Origin: an uncultured Gemmatimonadales bacterium
GTDB taxonomy: Bacteria > Gemmatimonadota > Gemmatimonadetes > Gemmatimonadales > GWC2-71-9
Direction: 5' to 3'
Assembly (NCBI GenBank): GCA_963828735.1
Contig: CAWHFW010000005.1
Span: 2,233,261-2,297,260, forward strand
Length of the DNA: 64,000 nucleotides
Positions 18,599 to 27,803 of the stretch are shown in pieces. The notes under the pieces were generated by a model. That model was not told the origin of the DNA. It saw nothing but the letters and a program-made list of their open reading frames with translations, and made no database searches. Positions within the stretch are counted from its first letter, which is position 1; each line of letters opens with the position of its first letter. The translations under genes were made by a program, and so were the position numbers.

Positions 18599-19819
18599 CT
18601 ACTTCGTCCCGTCCGCTGGACGGGGAGTGTCTCCGAGGGCGGCGCTTACAGCGGGCACCCGGGGCCGGAAGATCGCGGGATCGTATGCGCTCCGCGGGTT
18701 CCAGAGCACCCAGGAAGTGATGCCGAGCTCCTCGGCCGCGCGGATCTGCTCGCGGACGTGCAAGGGCGTATAGCGTGGCTGACCCAGGGTGAAGGCCTGG
18801 AGGTACGGCCGGATTTCCGCCGTCTTCCCGAGCGGCTCCGATCGGCGCAACGCATCCTGCATAGCCCGACGGATGACCTTGTACGGCTCTCCGTTCGGAT
18901 GCTGCAGGCTGTAGTAGCCCCGGAAGTAGTGGCTCGGGTAGACCATGGGAAGGACGACGTCCGCCGTGGTCACGAGGTCCTCCCAGAGCTGTCCGATGCC
19001 CATGTCGGTCGGGGCGCTCGTGGTGAGGCCGAACACGTCGATCGTGAACGGCACGCCCAGACGGCGCGTGCGCGCGCCCAGGAGCTTGAGGTTCCTGGCG
19101 ACGCCCTGCCGCTTGGTCTCGCCCGGCCGGCGGGCGCTGAACACCGCCGACGCGAGGCGGCTCTCGGGCTCGTCGGGAAACCGGACGTAGTCGTACTGCA
19201 CTTCGGCGAACCCGACCCGGACCGCCTCGGCGGCGAGCTGTGACGCATACACCCAGACCGAGTCGTTGAAGGCGTCCACCCAGGCGAAGTCGAGTCGGTC
19301 GTGCCACAGGCCGCCATCGACGTGCCGCACCGACCATTCCGGCTTCCGCGATGCCAGGAGCGGGTCCTTGGCCACGACGATCCGGGCGATCGGATGAATG
19401 CCGTGCTCGCGCATCACCCGGAGCCGCTCGCGGACGTCTCGCGCGCGGAGCTGCGTGTTCGCGCCGATCTCCTTGGCGGTCGGCACGTCCGAGCGGTACG
19501 TCAGGTAGCCGGTGTCGTCCTTCACGTCCACGACGAACGCATTGACCTCGGTCCGGTCGGCGAGCTGGACGAGATCGTAGAACCGCCGGCCGCCGAACGC
19601 CCAGGCGTTGACGTAGATCGCGTGCACGGGGCTGGGCGGCCGGAGGAGCGGTGGAGCGGGTGGTGTGAGATCGAGCTGGATCTGCGGGACGGCGAACAGG
19701 GAGTCCGGCACCGGCGGCGCAGGCGGCAGCTCGTCCCCCCAGCTCGGGGCCTGCTGCGCGGTCAACGATGCAATGTGCAGGACAGCTGCCAGAACACCGG
19801 CGAGGAGAGAGCGGCGCAT
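18599..19819 (-). CDS. putative glycoside hydrolase (TIM-barrel, DUF4015-like), secreted
   Basis: ATG 19819 gives the signal peptide MRRSLLAGVLAAVLHIASLTAQQ. Core IYVNAW...FVVDVKDD.G...EVQYDYVRFP resembles the uncharacterised GH-like family. Confidence 0.7.
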   Translation of the reverse strand: MRRSLLAGVLAAVLHIASLTAQQAPSWGDELPPAPPVPDSLFAVPQIQLDLTPPAPPLLRPPSPVHAIYVNAWAFGGRRFYDLVQLADRTEVNAFVVDVKDDTGYLTYRSDVPTAKEIGANTQLRARDVRERLRVMREHGIHPIARIVVAKDPLLASRKPEWSVRHVDGGLWHDRLDFAWVDAFNDSVWVYASQLAAEAVRVGFAEVQYDYVRFPDEPESRLASAVFSARRPGETKRQGVARNLKLLGARTRRLGVPFTIDVFGLTTSAPTDMGIGQLWEDLVTTADVVLPMVYPSHYFRGYYSLQHPNGEPYKVIRRAMQDALRRSEPLGKTAEIRPYLQAFTLGQPRYTPLHVREQIRAAEELGITSWVLWNPRSAYDPAIFRPRVPAVSAALGDTPRPADGTK

Positions 19820-19889
19820 CGAGCCCAGATCATTGTGGGAGAAGATGATGGAGGAACCGATTCCCGGCTCCTCCATCGTCCCACGCAAA

Positions 19890-21528
19890 TCAGGGGCCGG
19901 GTGTCGCTGGCCGAATCTCCACGCGGCGGTTGGCGGCGCGTCCGCGCGGGGTGGTATCACCGGTGAGCGGCACCGACGAGCCATAGCCGCGCGCCACGAT
20001 CTGCTGGTAGCTGACGCCTTTCACGACCAGGTAGTCGCGAACCGCCTCTGCCTGAAGCTGGGTGAGGCGGTTGTCATCGCTCGTCGAGCCGCTGTTGTCG
20101 GTATGGGCGCCGATCTCGACCCGCGAGGCGGGATTCGCGATGAGCAGATCCGCCAGCGAATCCAGGGCGACGTAGGAGGACGTCTGAAGCCGTGCCGTGC
20201 CCGAGGCGAAGGTGACGTTCGGTATCACGCCCGACGCGATCACCAGGGCGCCGGCCTTCGGCACCGTGACGTTCGGATGTTGGATCGGTCGTCCGGTGGT
20301 GTCGATGGGCGGCCGGGCGGCAGCACCGCTGGGGGGAGGCTGCGCCGCGTTCGGCTGCGAGACGCCGGCGCGTGGCGCTGCCTGGGTCGGGGCTGCTGCG
20401 GCGGCCCCCGCCCGCGCGGGCGGAGGCGCACCCGACGGCGCGCCCTGGTTGGCCGCCTGGCCCTGGGCGCAGCCCGACGAGTTCACGGCGGCGCCGGGCT
20501 GTGTCCGCGGGCAGTGATCGAGCCCGTCGAGCACGCCGTCACCATCCTCGTCGCCCGGGCAACCGAGGGCATCCACCGTGGCCCCGCGAGGCGTGTCCGA
20601 GCAGCGGTCGAGGCCGTCGGGGATCTGGTCGCCGTCGCTGTCCTTGGGGCAGCCGCGCGGGTCCACCAGCACGCCCGCGGGCGTGTCGGGGCACCGATCG
20701 AGGCCGTCGGGGATGTTGTCGCCGTCGGTGTCCTGCGAGCATCCGCGGGCGTCCACGGCGGCGCCGGCCACGGTGGTCGGGCATCGGTCGATGCCGTCGG
20801 GCACCCCGTCGCCGTCGCCGTCGCTCGGGCAGCCGCGCGAGTCCACCGACGCGCCGCTCGGCGTATCGGAGCACCGGTCGTGGTTGTCGAGCACGCCGTC
20901 CCCGTCGGTATCGAGGATGGGCTTGCTGCCAAGCATGAAGCTCACCCCGGCATTCACGCCGAAGTTGGACAGCGTCACGCCCGCGGCGTTCTCCCTGGGC
21001 CTTGCTCTTGTTCCGGTTGTAGAGGCCCTCGACGCGCGCGAGGATCGTGGGCGTCAGCCCGACCCGGAAGCCCGCGCCCCCCAGGAACGCGCCGCTGCTG
21101 CCGCAGATCGGATTGTCGGGGCTCGCGACGCTGGGGCAGCTCCCGCCGTACTTGGTCGACCCACCGCCCGCCTTCAGATAGAAGGTGGTGCTGGACCCGA
21201 TCAGGAAATTGTAGAGCGCCGAGATGCCGAACGTCTTGACGCTGACGCTCTCGTCCCCGGTCTTGCTGTTGGGCGACGAGAACGCGCCCTCCACCTCGAC
21301 CGAGAAGTTGAGCGGCAGCCACAGGCCGACCCGCGCGACGCCCCCGGGCGCGCCGTCCAGTTGGGTGTCCGAATCGAATGACTGGTAGGCGCCGGCGGCG
21401 CTCAGCTCGACGAGATACTTCCGCTGCTGGGCGGCGCCGACGCGCGCACACGCCACGACGAGGGCGAGGCCGGCCAGGAGTCCGACTCCCCCGGCCCAGC
21501 CCCTGAAGGGCTGCTGGTAGGTTCGCAT
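19890..21528 (-). pseudogene. OmpA-family outer membrane protein with thrombospondin type-3 repeats, split by one +1 frame break
   Basis: N-terminal signal and beta-barrel lie in the frame of ORF 20539..21528 (to ...LYNRNKSKAQGE). The last barrel strands, five TSP3 repeats and the OmpA_C domain (EIGAHTDNSGS...NRRVEI) lie in the frame of ORF 19890..20978. The frames meet at CCCAGGG around 20985-20995. 1639 nt is 546 codons plus 1. Confidence 0.8.
20483..20912 (-). repeat. intragenic thrombospondin type-3 (calcium-binding DxDxDG) repeats
   Basis: Five copies of D(T/S)DGDx(V/I)xDxxDxCxxTxxGxxVDxxGC, also visible as DNA-level periodicity. Confidence 0.8.
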
Positions 21529-21660
21529 GGATCAAATAGATACGCCGTCCGGGATGACCTGACAAGGAGCCGCGTCACCAACCCGCGCTCGCCCTTGGCA
21601 GCGACTCACAGGACCGCTACGATTCGCGCACTCCCCCTCGTGCCGGTTCAGGAGAAGCGC

Positions 21661-21888
21661 ATGCGCGTGGTCATCGAGTACTGCGTTGTTTGAAACTACC
21701 AGCCTCGAGCCACCAGTTTGGCGGCTGAGCTGAAAGAGCAGTTCCCGGAGGCGGAAGTCCGTCTGGTTCCCTCGTCGGGCGGGGTGTTCGAAGTGACCGT
21801 GGACGGCAACCTCATCTATTCCAAGCGCGCGCTCCGCCGGCATCCCGAGCCGGGGGAGGTCCTGAAACTGATTCCCCGCTCGAGCTGA
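21661..21888 (+). CDS. Rdx-family (SelW/SelT/SelH-like) selenoprotein, Sec encoded by UGA at 21691..21693
   Basis: Not in the ORF track. GGAGA SD at 21650. Reads MRVVIEYCVV-U-NYQPRATSLAAELKEQFPEAEVRLVPSSGGVFEVTVDGNLIYSKRALRRHPEPGEVLKLIPRSS. CxxU sits at the family's redox motif position, and coding bias continues across the TGA. Confidence 0.8.
21700..21732 (+). promoter_or_regulatory. candidate bacterial SECIS hairpin
   Basis: Starts 7 nt after the UGA. Pairs 21700-21702/21730-21732, 21704-21706/21727-21729, 21708-21711/21723-21726, 21713-21714/21720-21721. Apical loop AGUUU, with two single-nt bulges. Confidence 0.5.
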
Positions 21889-21889
21889 C

Positions 21890-22969
21890 ATGCGCATCGC
21901 CATCTCCACCGGCGGCGGCGACGCCCCCGGGTTGAACGCGGTAATCCGTGCCGTGGTCGTGTCGGCGCACCACCGCGGGTGGAAGTGTTACGGCATCCAA
22001 CGCGGCTACGAAGGCCTGCTCTCGTTCAACGGTGTGGTCCCGCTGGGCCTCGGCGAGGTCCGCGGGATCACCCATCTGGGCGGCACCATCCTGGGGACCA
22101 CGAACCGCGGCAATCCTTTCCACTACGTGACACGCAACGAGCAGGGCGAGGAGATCGAGCGCGACCGCTCCGACGACCTCGTGGCCGCCTTCCAGGCGAG
22201 CGGGTTCGAGGCGCTGGTGTCGATCGGCGGCGACGGCAGCCTCCAGATCTCGCACGATCTCTGGCGGAAGGGACTCCCCGTCGTCTGCGTGCCCAAGACG
22301 ATCGACAACGATGTGAGCGGCACGCAGCGGACCTTCGGATTCGATACGGCCGTGAGCACCGCGACCGAGGCCATCGACAAGCTGCATTCGACGGCGGAGA
22401 GTCACGACCGGGTCATCGTGGTCGAGCTCATGGGCCGGTACGCGGGCTGGATCGCGCTCTACAGCGGCCTCTCCGGCAGCGCCGATGTGATCCTCCTGCC
22501 GGAAATCCCGTTCGACATCGCCAAGGTGTGCGAGAAGATCCGGAGCCGCGAGGCGGCCGGGCGCCGCTTCAGCATCGTGGTCGTGGCGGAGGGTGCCCGG
22601 CCGAAGGATGGCACCATCGAGCTGCTCGAGCGCCGGGGCCCCGGCACTGTCGACCGGCTCGGCGGGATCGCCAGCAAGGTGGCACGAGCCGTCTCGCACG
22701 ACACCGGCAAGGAGACGCGAACGCTCGTGCTCGGACATCTGCAGCGTGGCGGCTCCCCGACCACGTACGACCGGCTGCTCGGGCTCCGGTTCGGGGCCGC
22801 CGCCGTACGGGCGATCGCCGACCAGGCCTTCGGGACGATGGTGGGGCTCAACGGGCAGGACATCACGCGGGTGCCCCTCGAGAACGTGGTCGGTCGCGCC
22901 AAGAATGTTCCGCTCGACTCCGATACGATCCGCACCGCACGCGATCTGGGAATCAGTCTGGGTGACTGA
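21890..22969 (+). CDS. pfkA: ATP-dependent 6-phosphofructokinase
   Basis: MRIAISTGGGDAPGLNAVIR, SIGGDGS, PKTIDND, VELMGRYAG and GHLQRGG motifs. Confidence 0.92.
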   Translation: MRIAISTGGGDAPGLNAVIRAVVVSAHHRGWKCYGIQRGYEGLLSFNGVVPLGLGEVRGITHLGGTILGTTNRGNPFHYVTRNEQGEEIERDRSDDLVAAFQASGFEALVSIGGDGSLQISHDLWRKGLPVVCVPKTIDNDVSGTQRTFGFDTAVSTATEAIDKLHSTAESHDRVIVVELMGRYAGWIALYSGLSGSADVILLPEIPFDIAKVCEKIRSREAAGRRFSIVVVAEGARPKDGTIELLERRGPGTVDRLGGIASKVARAVSHDTGKETRTLVLGHLQRGGSPTTYDRLLGLRFGAAAVRAIADQAFGTMVGLNGQDITRVPLENVVGRAKNVPLDSDTIRTARDLGISLGD

Positions 22970-25022
22970 CCCCGCCTACCCGCCGACCCGGACCGTGGAC
23001 GTGACCGACGTCCTCCACGGCGAAACGATTTCCGATCCCTATCGCTGGCTGGAGGACGGTGAGGACCCGGACACACGCGCGTGGACGGAGCGGCAGAACG
23101 CGCTCACCGAGGCATGGCTGGCCCGGTTCCCGGGCCGCGACTCGATCCGGCGCCGGCTCGACGAGCTGCTCGCGATCGGCGCCATCAGCGTGCCCACGCC
23201 TGCCCGCGGCCGCTACTTCTACCAGCGGCGGGAGGGGCGGCAGAACCAGCCGGTCCTGTACGTCCGGGATGGTCTGGATGGCGAGGACCGCGCAGCGATA
23301 GACCCGAACGCGCTCGATCCCGCCGGTACGACCGCGCTCGACTGGTACTTCCCGAGCGACGACGGCAAGCTCCTGGCCTACGGCCTGAGCCAGAACGGAA
23401 GCGAGCAAAGCGTGCTGCACGTCTTCGACGTGGACGCCGGGACCAGCCTGCCTGAGCGGATTCCCCGGACTCGCGCGGCCGACCTGGCGTGGCTGCCCGA
23501 CTCCTCGGGCTTCTACTACACCCGCTATCCGGAGCCGGGCACGGTGCCCGCCGGAGAGGAGCCCTACCACCGGGCGGTGTTCTTCCACCCGCTCGGCGGA
23601 GATCCCGCCGACGACGAGCTCGTCTACCAGCCCGGCGCGAAGGAATACTGGCCCGGCGTGGCGTTGTCGCCGGACGGGCGGTGGCTGCTCATCAGCGTGG
23701 CCCGGACGTTCGATCAGACCGATCTCTACCTCGGCGACCGGAACGCCGCGGGCTGGACCTCCGTCCCACCGCTCGTTGCCGTCGCCGAGGGCCTCCCGTT
23801 CTCCTTCGACGGGGAGATCGCGCACGGACGGCTCTTCCTCCGCACCAACCTCGACGCGCCGACGTACCGGATGTACGAGGTGAATCCCGAGCATCCCCAG
23901 CGGGGCCACTGGCGCGAGCTGGTGCCGCCGCGTGAGGAGGCCGTGCTGGAAGGGGCTCGGGTCGTGGGCGACCGGCTGGCGCTGAGCTATCTCGAGCGTG
24001 CGTCGTCCCGCCTCCGTATCGCCGACCTCGACGGCGGCCTGCGCCGCGAGGTGTCGATGCCGACGCTCGGCAGCCTATTCGGCCTCGGCGCCGAGTGGGA
24101 TGGTCACGAGCTGTTCTTCGGATTCTCGTCGTACACCGTTCCACCCAGCGTTTACCGCCTCGATCTCGCGGCCGATCGGCAGACACTGTGGCGGCGAGTC
24201 GAGGCGGATGTGGATCCGGAGCGATACGAGGTCCGGCAGGTGAGCGTCCCATCCCGCGACGGCACCGAGGTCACGATGTTCCTCGTGCACCGCCGGGGCC
24301 TCGCCCGGAACGGCGATGCGCCGACCTACCTCACCGGGTACGGCGGCTTCAACATCAGCATGACGCCGGCCTTCTCCCGGTCGCTGCTCCTGTGGCTCGA
24401 GCACGGCGGGCTGGTCGCCGTTCCCAACATCCGGGGCGGGGGGGAGTATGGCGAAGGGTGGCACCAGGGCGGGATGCTCGAACGTAAGCAGAACAGCTTC
24501 GACGACTTCATCGCCGCCGCGGAGTGGCTCATCCGCGAGCGGTACACCCGGCCGGAACGGCTGGCCGTGGCCGGCGGCTCGAACGGCGGCCTGCTCATGG
24601 GCGCCGTCCTGACCCAGCGCCCGGAGCTATTCCGGGCGGTCGTGATCCAAGTACCCCTGCTCGATATGTTGCGCTACCACCGGTTCCTCATCGCGCGCCT
24701 CTGGATTCCCGAGTACGGGTCGTCGGACGACCTCGAGGCGTTCCGCTGGCTCCGGGCGTACTCGCCGTATCATCACGTGCAGGAAGGCACGCCCTATCCC
24801 GCCGTGCTGCTGGCCACCGCGGAGAGCGACACGCGGGTGGATCCGATGCACGCGCGCAAAATGACCGCGCGTTTGCAGGCCGCCTCGGCCTCGGGGCGTC
24901 CCGTACTGCTGCGCCTCGAGGCGCGGGCGGGACATGGCGCGGGAAAGCCGCTGGCCAAAGTGCTGGACGAGCTGACGGACACGTGGACGTTTGTGTTTTC
25001 GCAGGTGGGGGTCGAGGTTTAG
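22962..25022 (+). CDS. prolyl oligopeptidase (S9A serine peptidase)
   Basis: GTG 22962 (VTDPAYPPTR...DPYRWLED). Beta-propeller domain, then catalytic GGSNGGLL (Ser), D and H (ARAGHGAGKP). The track ORF from 22593 is a 5' extension overlapping pfkA. Confidence 0.9.
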   Translation: MTDPAYPPTRTVDVTDVLHGETISDPYRWLEDGEDPDTRAWTERQNALTEAWLARFPGRDSIRRRLDELLAIGAISVPTPARGRYFYQRREGRQNQPVLYVRDGLDGEDRAAIDPNALDPAGTTALDWYFPSDDGKLLAYGLSQNGSEQSVLHVFDVDAGTSLPERIPRTRAADLAWLPDSSGFYYTRYPEPGTVPAGEEPYHRAVFFHPLGGDPADDELVYQPGAKEYWPGVALSPDGRWLLISVARTFDQTDLYLGDRNAAGWTSVPPLVAVAEGLPFSFDGEIAHGRLFLRTNLDAPTYRMYEVNPEHPQRGHWRELVPPREEAVLEGARVVGDRLALSYLERASSRLRIADLDGGLRREVSMPTLGSLFGLGAEWDGHELFFGFSSYTVPPSVYRLDLAADRQTLWRRVEADVDPERYEVRQVSVPSRDGTEVTMFLVHRRGLARNGDAPTYLTGYGGFNISMTPAFSRSLLLWLEHGGLVAVPNIRGGGEYGEGWHQGGMLERKQNSFDDFIAAAEWLIRERYTRPERLAVAGGSNGGLLMGAVLTQRPELFRAVVIQVPLLDMLRYHRFLIARLWIPEYGSSDDLEAFRWLRAYSPYHHVQEGTPYPAVLLATAESDTRVDPMHARKMTARLQAASASGRPVLLRLEARAGHGAGKPLAKVLDELTDTWTFVFSQVGVEV

Positions 25023-25063
25023 CAAGAGACACCGGACGTACCTGAACCGAGGAGTCCCCGCCG

Positions 25064-25609
25064 ATGGCCTATTCGCAACGCCCCGTCGCCGCGAGCATGT
25101 CGCACCCGGACCGATGGCTCGCGTTCCTGCGGATCGTGGTAGGTCTGTATTTCGCGAAGTCCTTCATCACCAAGCTGTCTCTCGTGATGGTGGGCGGCGT
25201 GCTCCCGCTGCCCGGCGCCTCCGAGCGGTGGATCGCCACGATGCCCAAGATCGTGAGCAAGCAGGCGGCGGACAATCCGATCCTGTTTTACAAGCACTTC
25301 CTCGAGAACACCGTCCTCACGCACCCGGAAACGTTCGCGCATCTCACCGCGCTGGGCGAAACGATCACGGGCATCGGGCTCACGCTCGGGCTCCTGACCG
25401 GCGCGGCGTCGCTCGTGGGGCTGGTGCTGGTGACGAACTACGGCCTGGCGACCCAGTGGATGTCACCGGGGCAGCAGGGCTTTCACATCGTGCTGTTCGC
25501 GCTGATGATCGCGTTCTTCGCGGCGCGGTCGGGCCGCACGTTGGGGCTCGACGCGATGCTGTGGAGCGCGCGGCCCAAATCGATCTTCGCGAGGCGTCCA
25601 TTTTCCTGA
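25064..25609 (+). CDS. DoxX-family membrane protein
   Basis: Four hydrophobic helices. FLRIVVGLYF and GETITGIGLTLGLLT resemble DoxX/DoxD. GAGGAG SD upstream. Confidence 0.7.
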   Translation: MAYSQRPVAASMSHPDRWLAFLRIVVGLYFAKSFITKLSLVMVGGVLPLPGASERWIATMPKIVSKQAADNPILFYKHFLENTVLTHPETFAHLTALGETITGIGLTLGLLTGAASLVGLVLVTNYGLATQWMSPGQQGFHIVLFALMIAFFAARSGRTLGLDAMLWSARPKSIFARRPFS

Positions 25610-25648
25610 CGGCGGAGTAGTCCGAGCAGCAGGGTGAGGGTGCGACTC

Positions 25649-26218
25649 CTACCTCACCATCACCGGCCGCGACCGCATCCCGCCCACCACGCCGTCCGCC
25701 TCGCAGTGCGCATCCCGCGCGCTGTACACCACGCAGAACACGCCATCCGCATGCCACCGCTCGTACCACCGCCGCATGACGCCGCGGTCCTGCGCCGAAA
25801 AGCGGGTGGACGGCAGGTCCTCGGTGTAGAGGGCGACGTGAGTGTGCACCGTGCCGGACCAGTCGGGCGGCCCGCAGCGGTCGATCGAGGCTTCGGCGGC
25901 GATGCTCAGGGAATCCGCTCCGGTAGGAACGAGCGCGAGGATCCGGGCGACGAACACCGTGTCGTTCCGGACGGTCGCGGCCAGGCAGGCGACCCGCTCC
26001 TGCTTGGCGGCGACGCTCTCCTCCCAGAGTGCGCGGAGGCCGAGGCCGGCCTCCTGTCTGAAGCGAAACGCGGGCTGGGGAGCGTTGGAGATGCTGTCGG
26101 GCGCGGCGCTGTCCGCGGCGGGCGGCGTGTCGGCGTTGGCCTGCGCCGCCGCGGGCCGGACGGCCACGACGCTCGCCGCCAGAACGGCGGCGAGCGCGAT
26201 GCGGCGCCCAGCGCTCAA
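25649..26218 (-). CDS. secreted hypothetical protein with JAMM/MPN+-like motif set (paralog B)
   Basis: TTG 26218 overlaps the paralog A stop (TTGA). Signal peptide RRIALAAVLAASVVAVRPAAAQA. Motifs ERVACL, GTVHTH, FSAQD. Four conserved Cys. Confidence 0.6.
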   Translation of the reverse strand: MSAGRRIALAAVLAASVVAVRPAAAQANADTPPAADSAAPDSISNAPQPAFRFRQEAGLGLRALWEESVAAKQERVACLAATVRNDTVFVARILALVPTGADSLSIAAEASIDRCGPPDWSGTVHTHVALYTEDLPSTRFSAQDRGVMRRWYERWHADGVFCVVYSARDAHCEADGVVGGMRSRPVMVR

Positions 26219-26697
26219 TACTTCGCGCTGGGGAGAATCACCACCTGGGAGCCGTCGATCTCGCAATGGGCCTGGTCCTCGGCGAAGAGCAGGCAGAAGG
26301 TGCCGTCGGCCTTCCAGCGCTGCCACCACATCAGCATGATCCCACGATCCGCGCCGGAGAACTGGGCGTAGGGTCGCTGGCCGGCGGTGAGCGCGATGTG
26401 GGTGTGCACGGTGCCCTGCCACAGGGGCGGGCCGCAGGCCTCGAGGGAGGCCTGGGCCGACACCGCGAGCGAATCCGCCCCCGCGACGAGCGGTTGGACC
26501 CGAGTGATCCGCAGAGTGTCGCCGTCGATGACACTCGCGAGACAGGCGACCTGCTCCGTCCGTGCAGCGATGCTGGCGCTCCAGAGCGCGTGCAGGCCCG
26601 TGACGGCCTCGGAGGTCACACTGAACGCGAGCGGCGCGCTCCCATGGGGCAGGGCGAGTGGGAGGGCCAGGATCGCCAGGGCCAACCGAGCCGTCAT
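26215..26697 (-). CDS. secreted hypothetical protein with JAMM/MPN+-like motif set (paralog A)
   Basis: ATGA overlap with the beta-propeller gene. Signal peptide MTARLALAILALPLALP. Motifs EQVACL, GTVHTH, FSGAD. Aligns with paralog B over about 120 aa. Confidence 0.6.
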   Translation of the reverse strand: MTARLALAILALPLALPHGSAPLAFSVTSEAVTGLHALWSASIAARTEQVACLASVIDGDTLRITRVQPLVAGADSLAVSAQASLEACGPPLWQGTVHTHIALTAGQRPYAQFSGADRGIMLMWWQRWKADGTFCLLFAEDQAHCEIDGSQVVILPSAKY

Positions 26698-27803
26698 GGG
26701 GCCTCGCCCAGGGCGACGCCCCAGGGGATCTTGCCCACCGGAATCCTCTTCTCGACCGTCAGCTTGTCGGCATCCACCACGCTCACGTCGTTCGACGGGC
26801 CATTGGCCGTGTACAGCTTCCGGCCATCCGGGGTGATCGCGATGCCCCAGGGGCGCTGCCCCACCGGCACCGACGCGGTCAGCGAATCCGTGGCGACCTC
26901 GATCACGGACACGGTTCCTCCTCGTCCGTTGGTCACGTAGATCCGCTTGCCGTCCGGCGAGGCGACCGAGCCCATCGTCCTCGAATCCTTGGGCATCGGA
27001 AGCACCGCGATCTTCTTCCGGGTCGCCGCGTCGAGCACCCAGACGGTACCGTCGACCTCGGACGTGACGTACGCTCTGGCGCCGTCTGGCGTGAACGCGA
27101 GCGACCGCGGCCGCTTCCCGACCTCCACCTCGCCGATCTTCTTGCCGGTCTGAGTGTCCAGGATGGTGACGTTGTGATCCGTCTCGCCCGTCACCCAGAC
27201 AGCCTTCCCGTCGGGCTGGACCTTCACGCCCTCAGGCTCTTTCCCGACGGGGATGGTCGCGCGAATCTTCCCGCTCGCCACGTCCACGATCGACGCGGTG
27301 CCCGCATCCTCGTTGGAGACGAAGAGCGTGCTGCCGTCGAGGCTGATGTCGAACGCCTCCGGGTCCGACCCGCCCGGGAGCACGCGAGTCACCTTGCGCG
27401 CCACGGCGTCCACCACCGCGATGCCGTCCTTCGACTTGTCGGACTTGAGCTTTTCGCACTCCTCGTCGGGCATGGTCGGCGGACACTTCGGGCTCCCGCT
27501 CAGCGCGACGAAGATGGTCTTGCCGTCGGGACTCACGCGCACGCCGCGTGGCCGGGTGCCGACGGGGATGGTGGTCACCACGCTGTCCGTACGCGTGTCG
27601 ATCACGGTGAGGTCCTGCGAGTCCTCGTTCGTGACGTAGGCCAGCAGCGCCTTGCCGGCCGGCGCGGCGGCCTGGCTCGGCGCGGCCGAGTCGGTGGCCG
27701 ACGGGCGAGCCTCACGCGGCCCGCACGCGGCACCGAGGGCGAGGGCGAGCGCCGGGGCGGCGCGAAGGCGAACGATAGGGCGGCGGTCGGTATTACTTGG
27801 CAT
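26694..27803 (-). CDS. YVTN-type beta-propeller protein (PQQ-dependent catabolism-associated type)
   Basis: Repeated about 40-aa units (AYVTNEDSQDLTVID..., VSPDGKTIFV, LFVSNEDAGTASIVD, AYVTSEVDGTVWVLD, IYVTNGRGGTVSVIE, LYTANGPSNDVSVVD). Confidence 0.85.
   Translation of the reverse strand: MPSNTDRRPIVRLRAAPALALALGAACGPREARPSATDSAAPSQAAAPAGKALLAYVTNEDSQDLTVIDTRTDSVVTTIPVGTRPRGVRVSPDGKTIFVALSGSPKCPPTMPDEECEKLKSDKSKDGIAVVDAVARKVTRVLPGGSDPEAFDISLDGSTLFVSNEDAGTASIVDVASGKIRATIPVGKEPEGVKVQPDGKAVWVTGETDHNVTILDTQTGKKIGEVEVGKRPRSLAFTPDGARAYVTSEVDGTVWVLDAATRKKIAVLPMPKDSRTMGSVASPDGKRIYVTNGRGGTVSVIEVATDSLTASVPVGQRPWGIAITPDGRKLYTANGPSNDVSVVDADKLTVEKRIPVGKIPWGVALGEAP

Noticed and set aside
21532-21909. A 125-aa minus-strand ORF, the only ORF the track shows between the OmpA gene and pfkA.
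   Set aside because: It is antisense to the Rdx-family selenoprotein reading frame, which has a family-typical sequence, an SD and the correct operon direction with pfkA. The minus ORF has no motif.
25634-25660. Hairpin GGTGAGG...CCTCACC between the convergent DoxX gene and JAMM-like paralog B.
   Set aside because: It has only a 7-bp stem with a 12-nt loop and no U-tract on either strand, and it overlaps the stop codon of the minus-strand gene. This is too weak to call a terminator.
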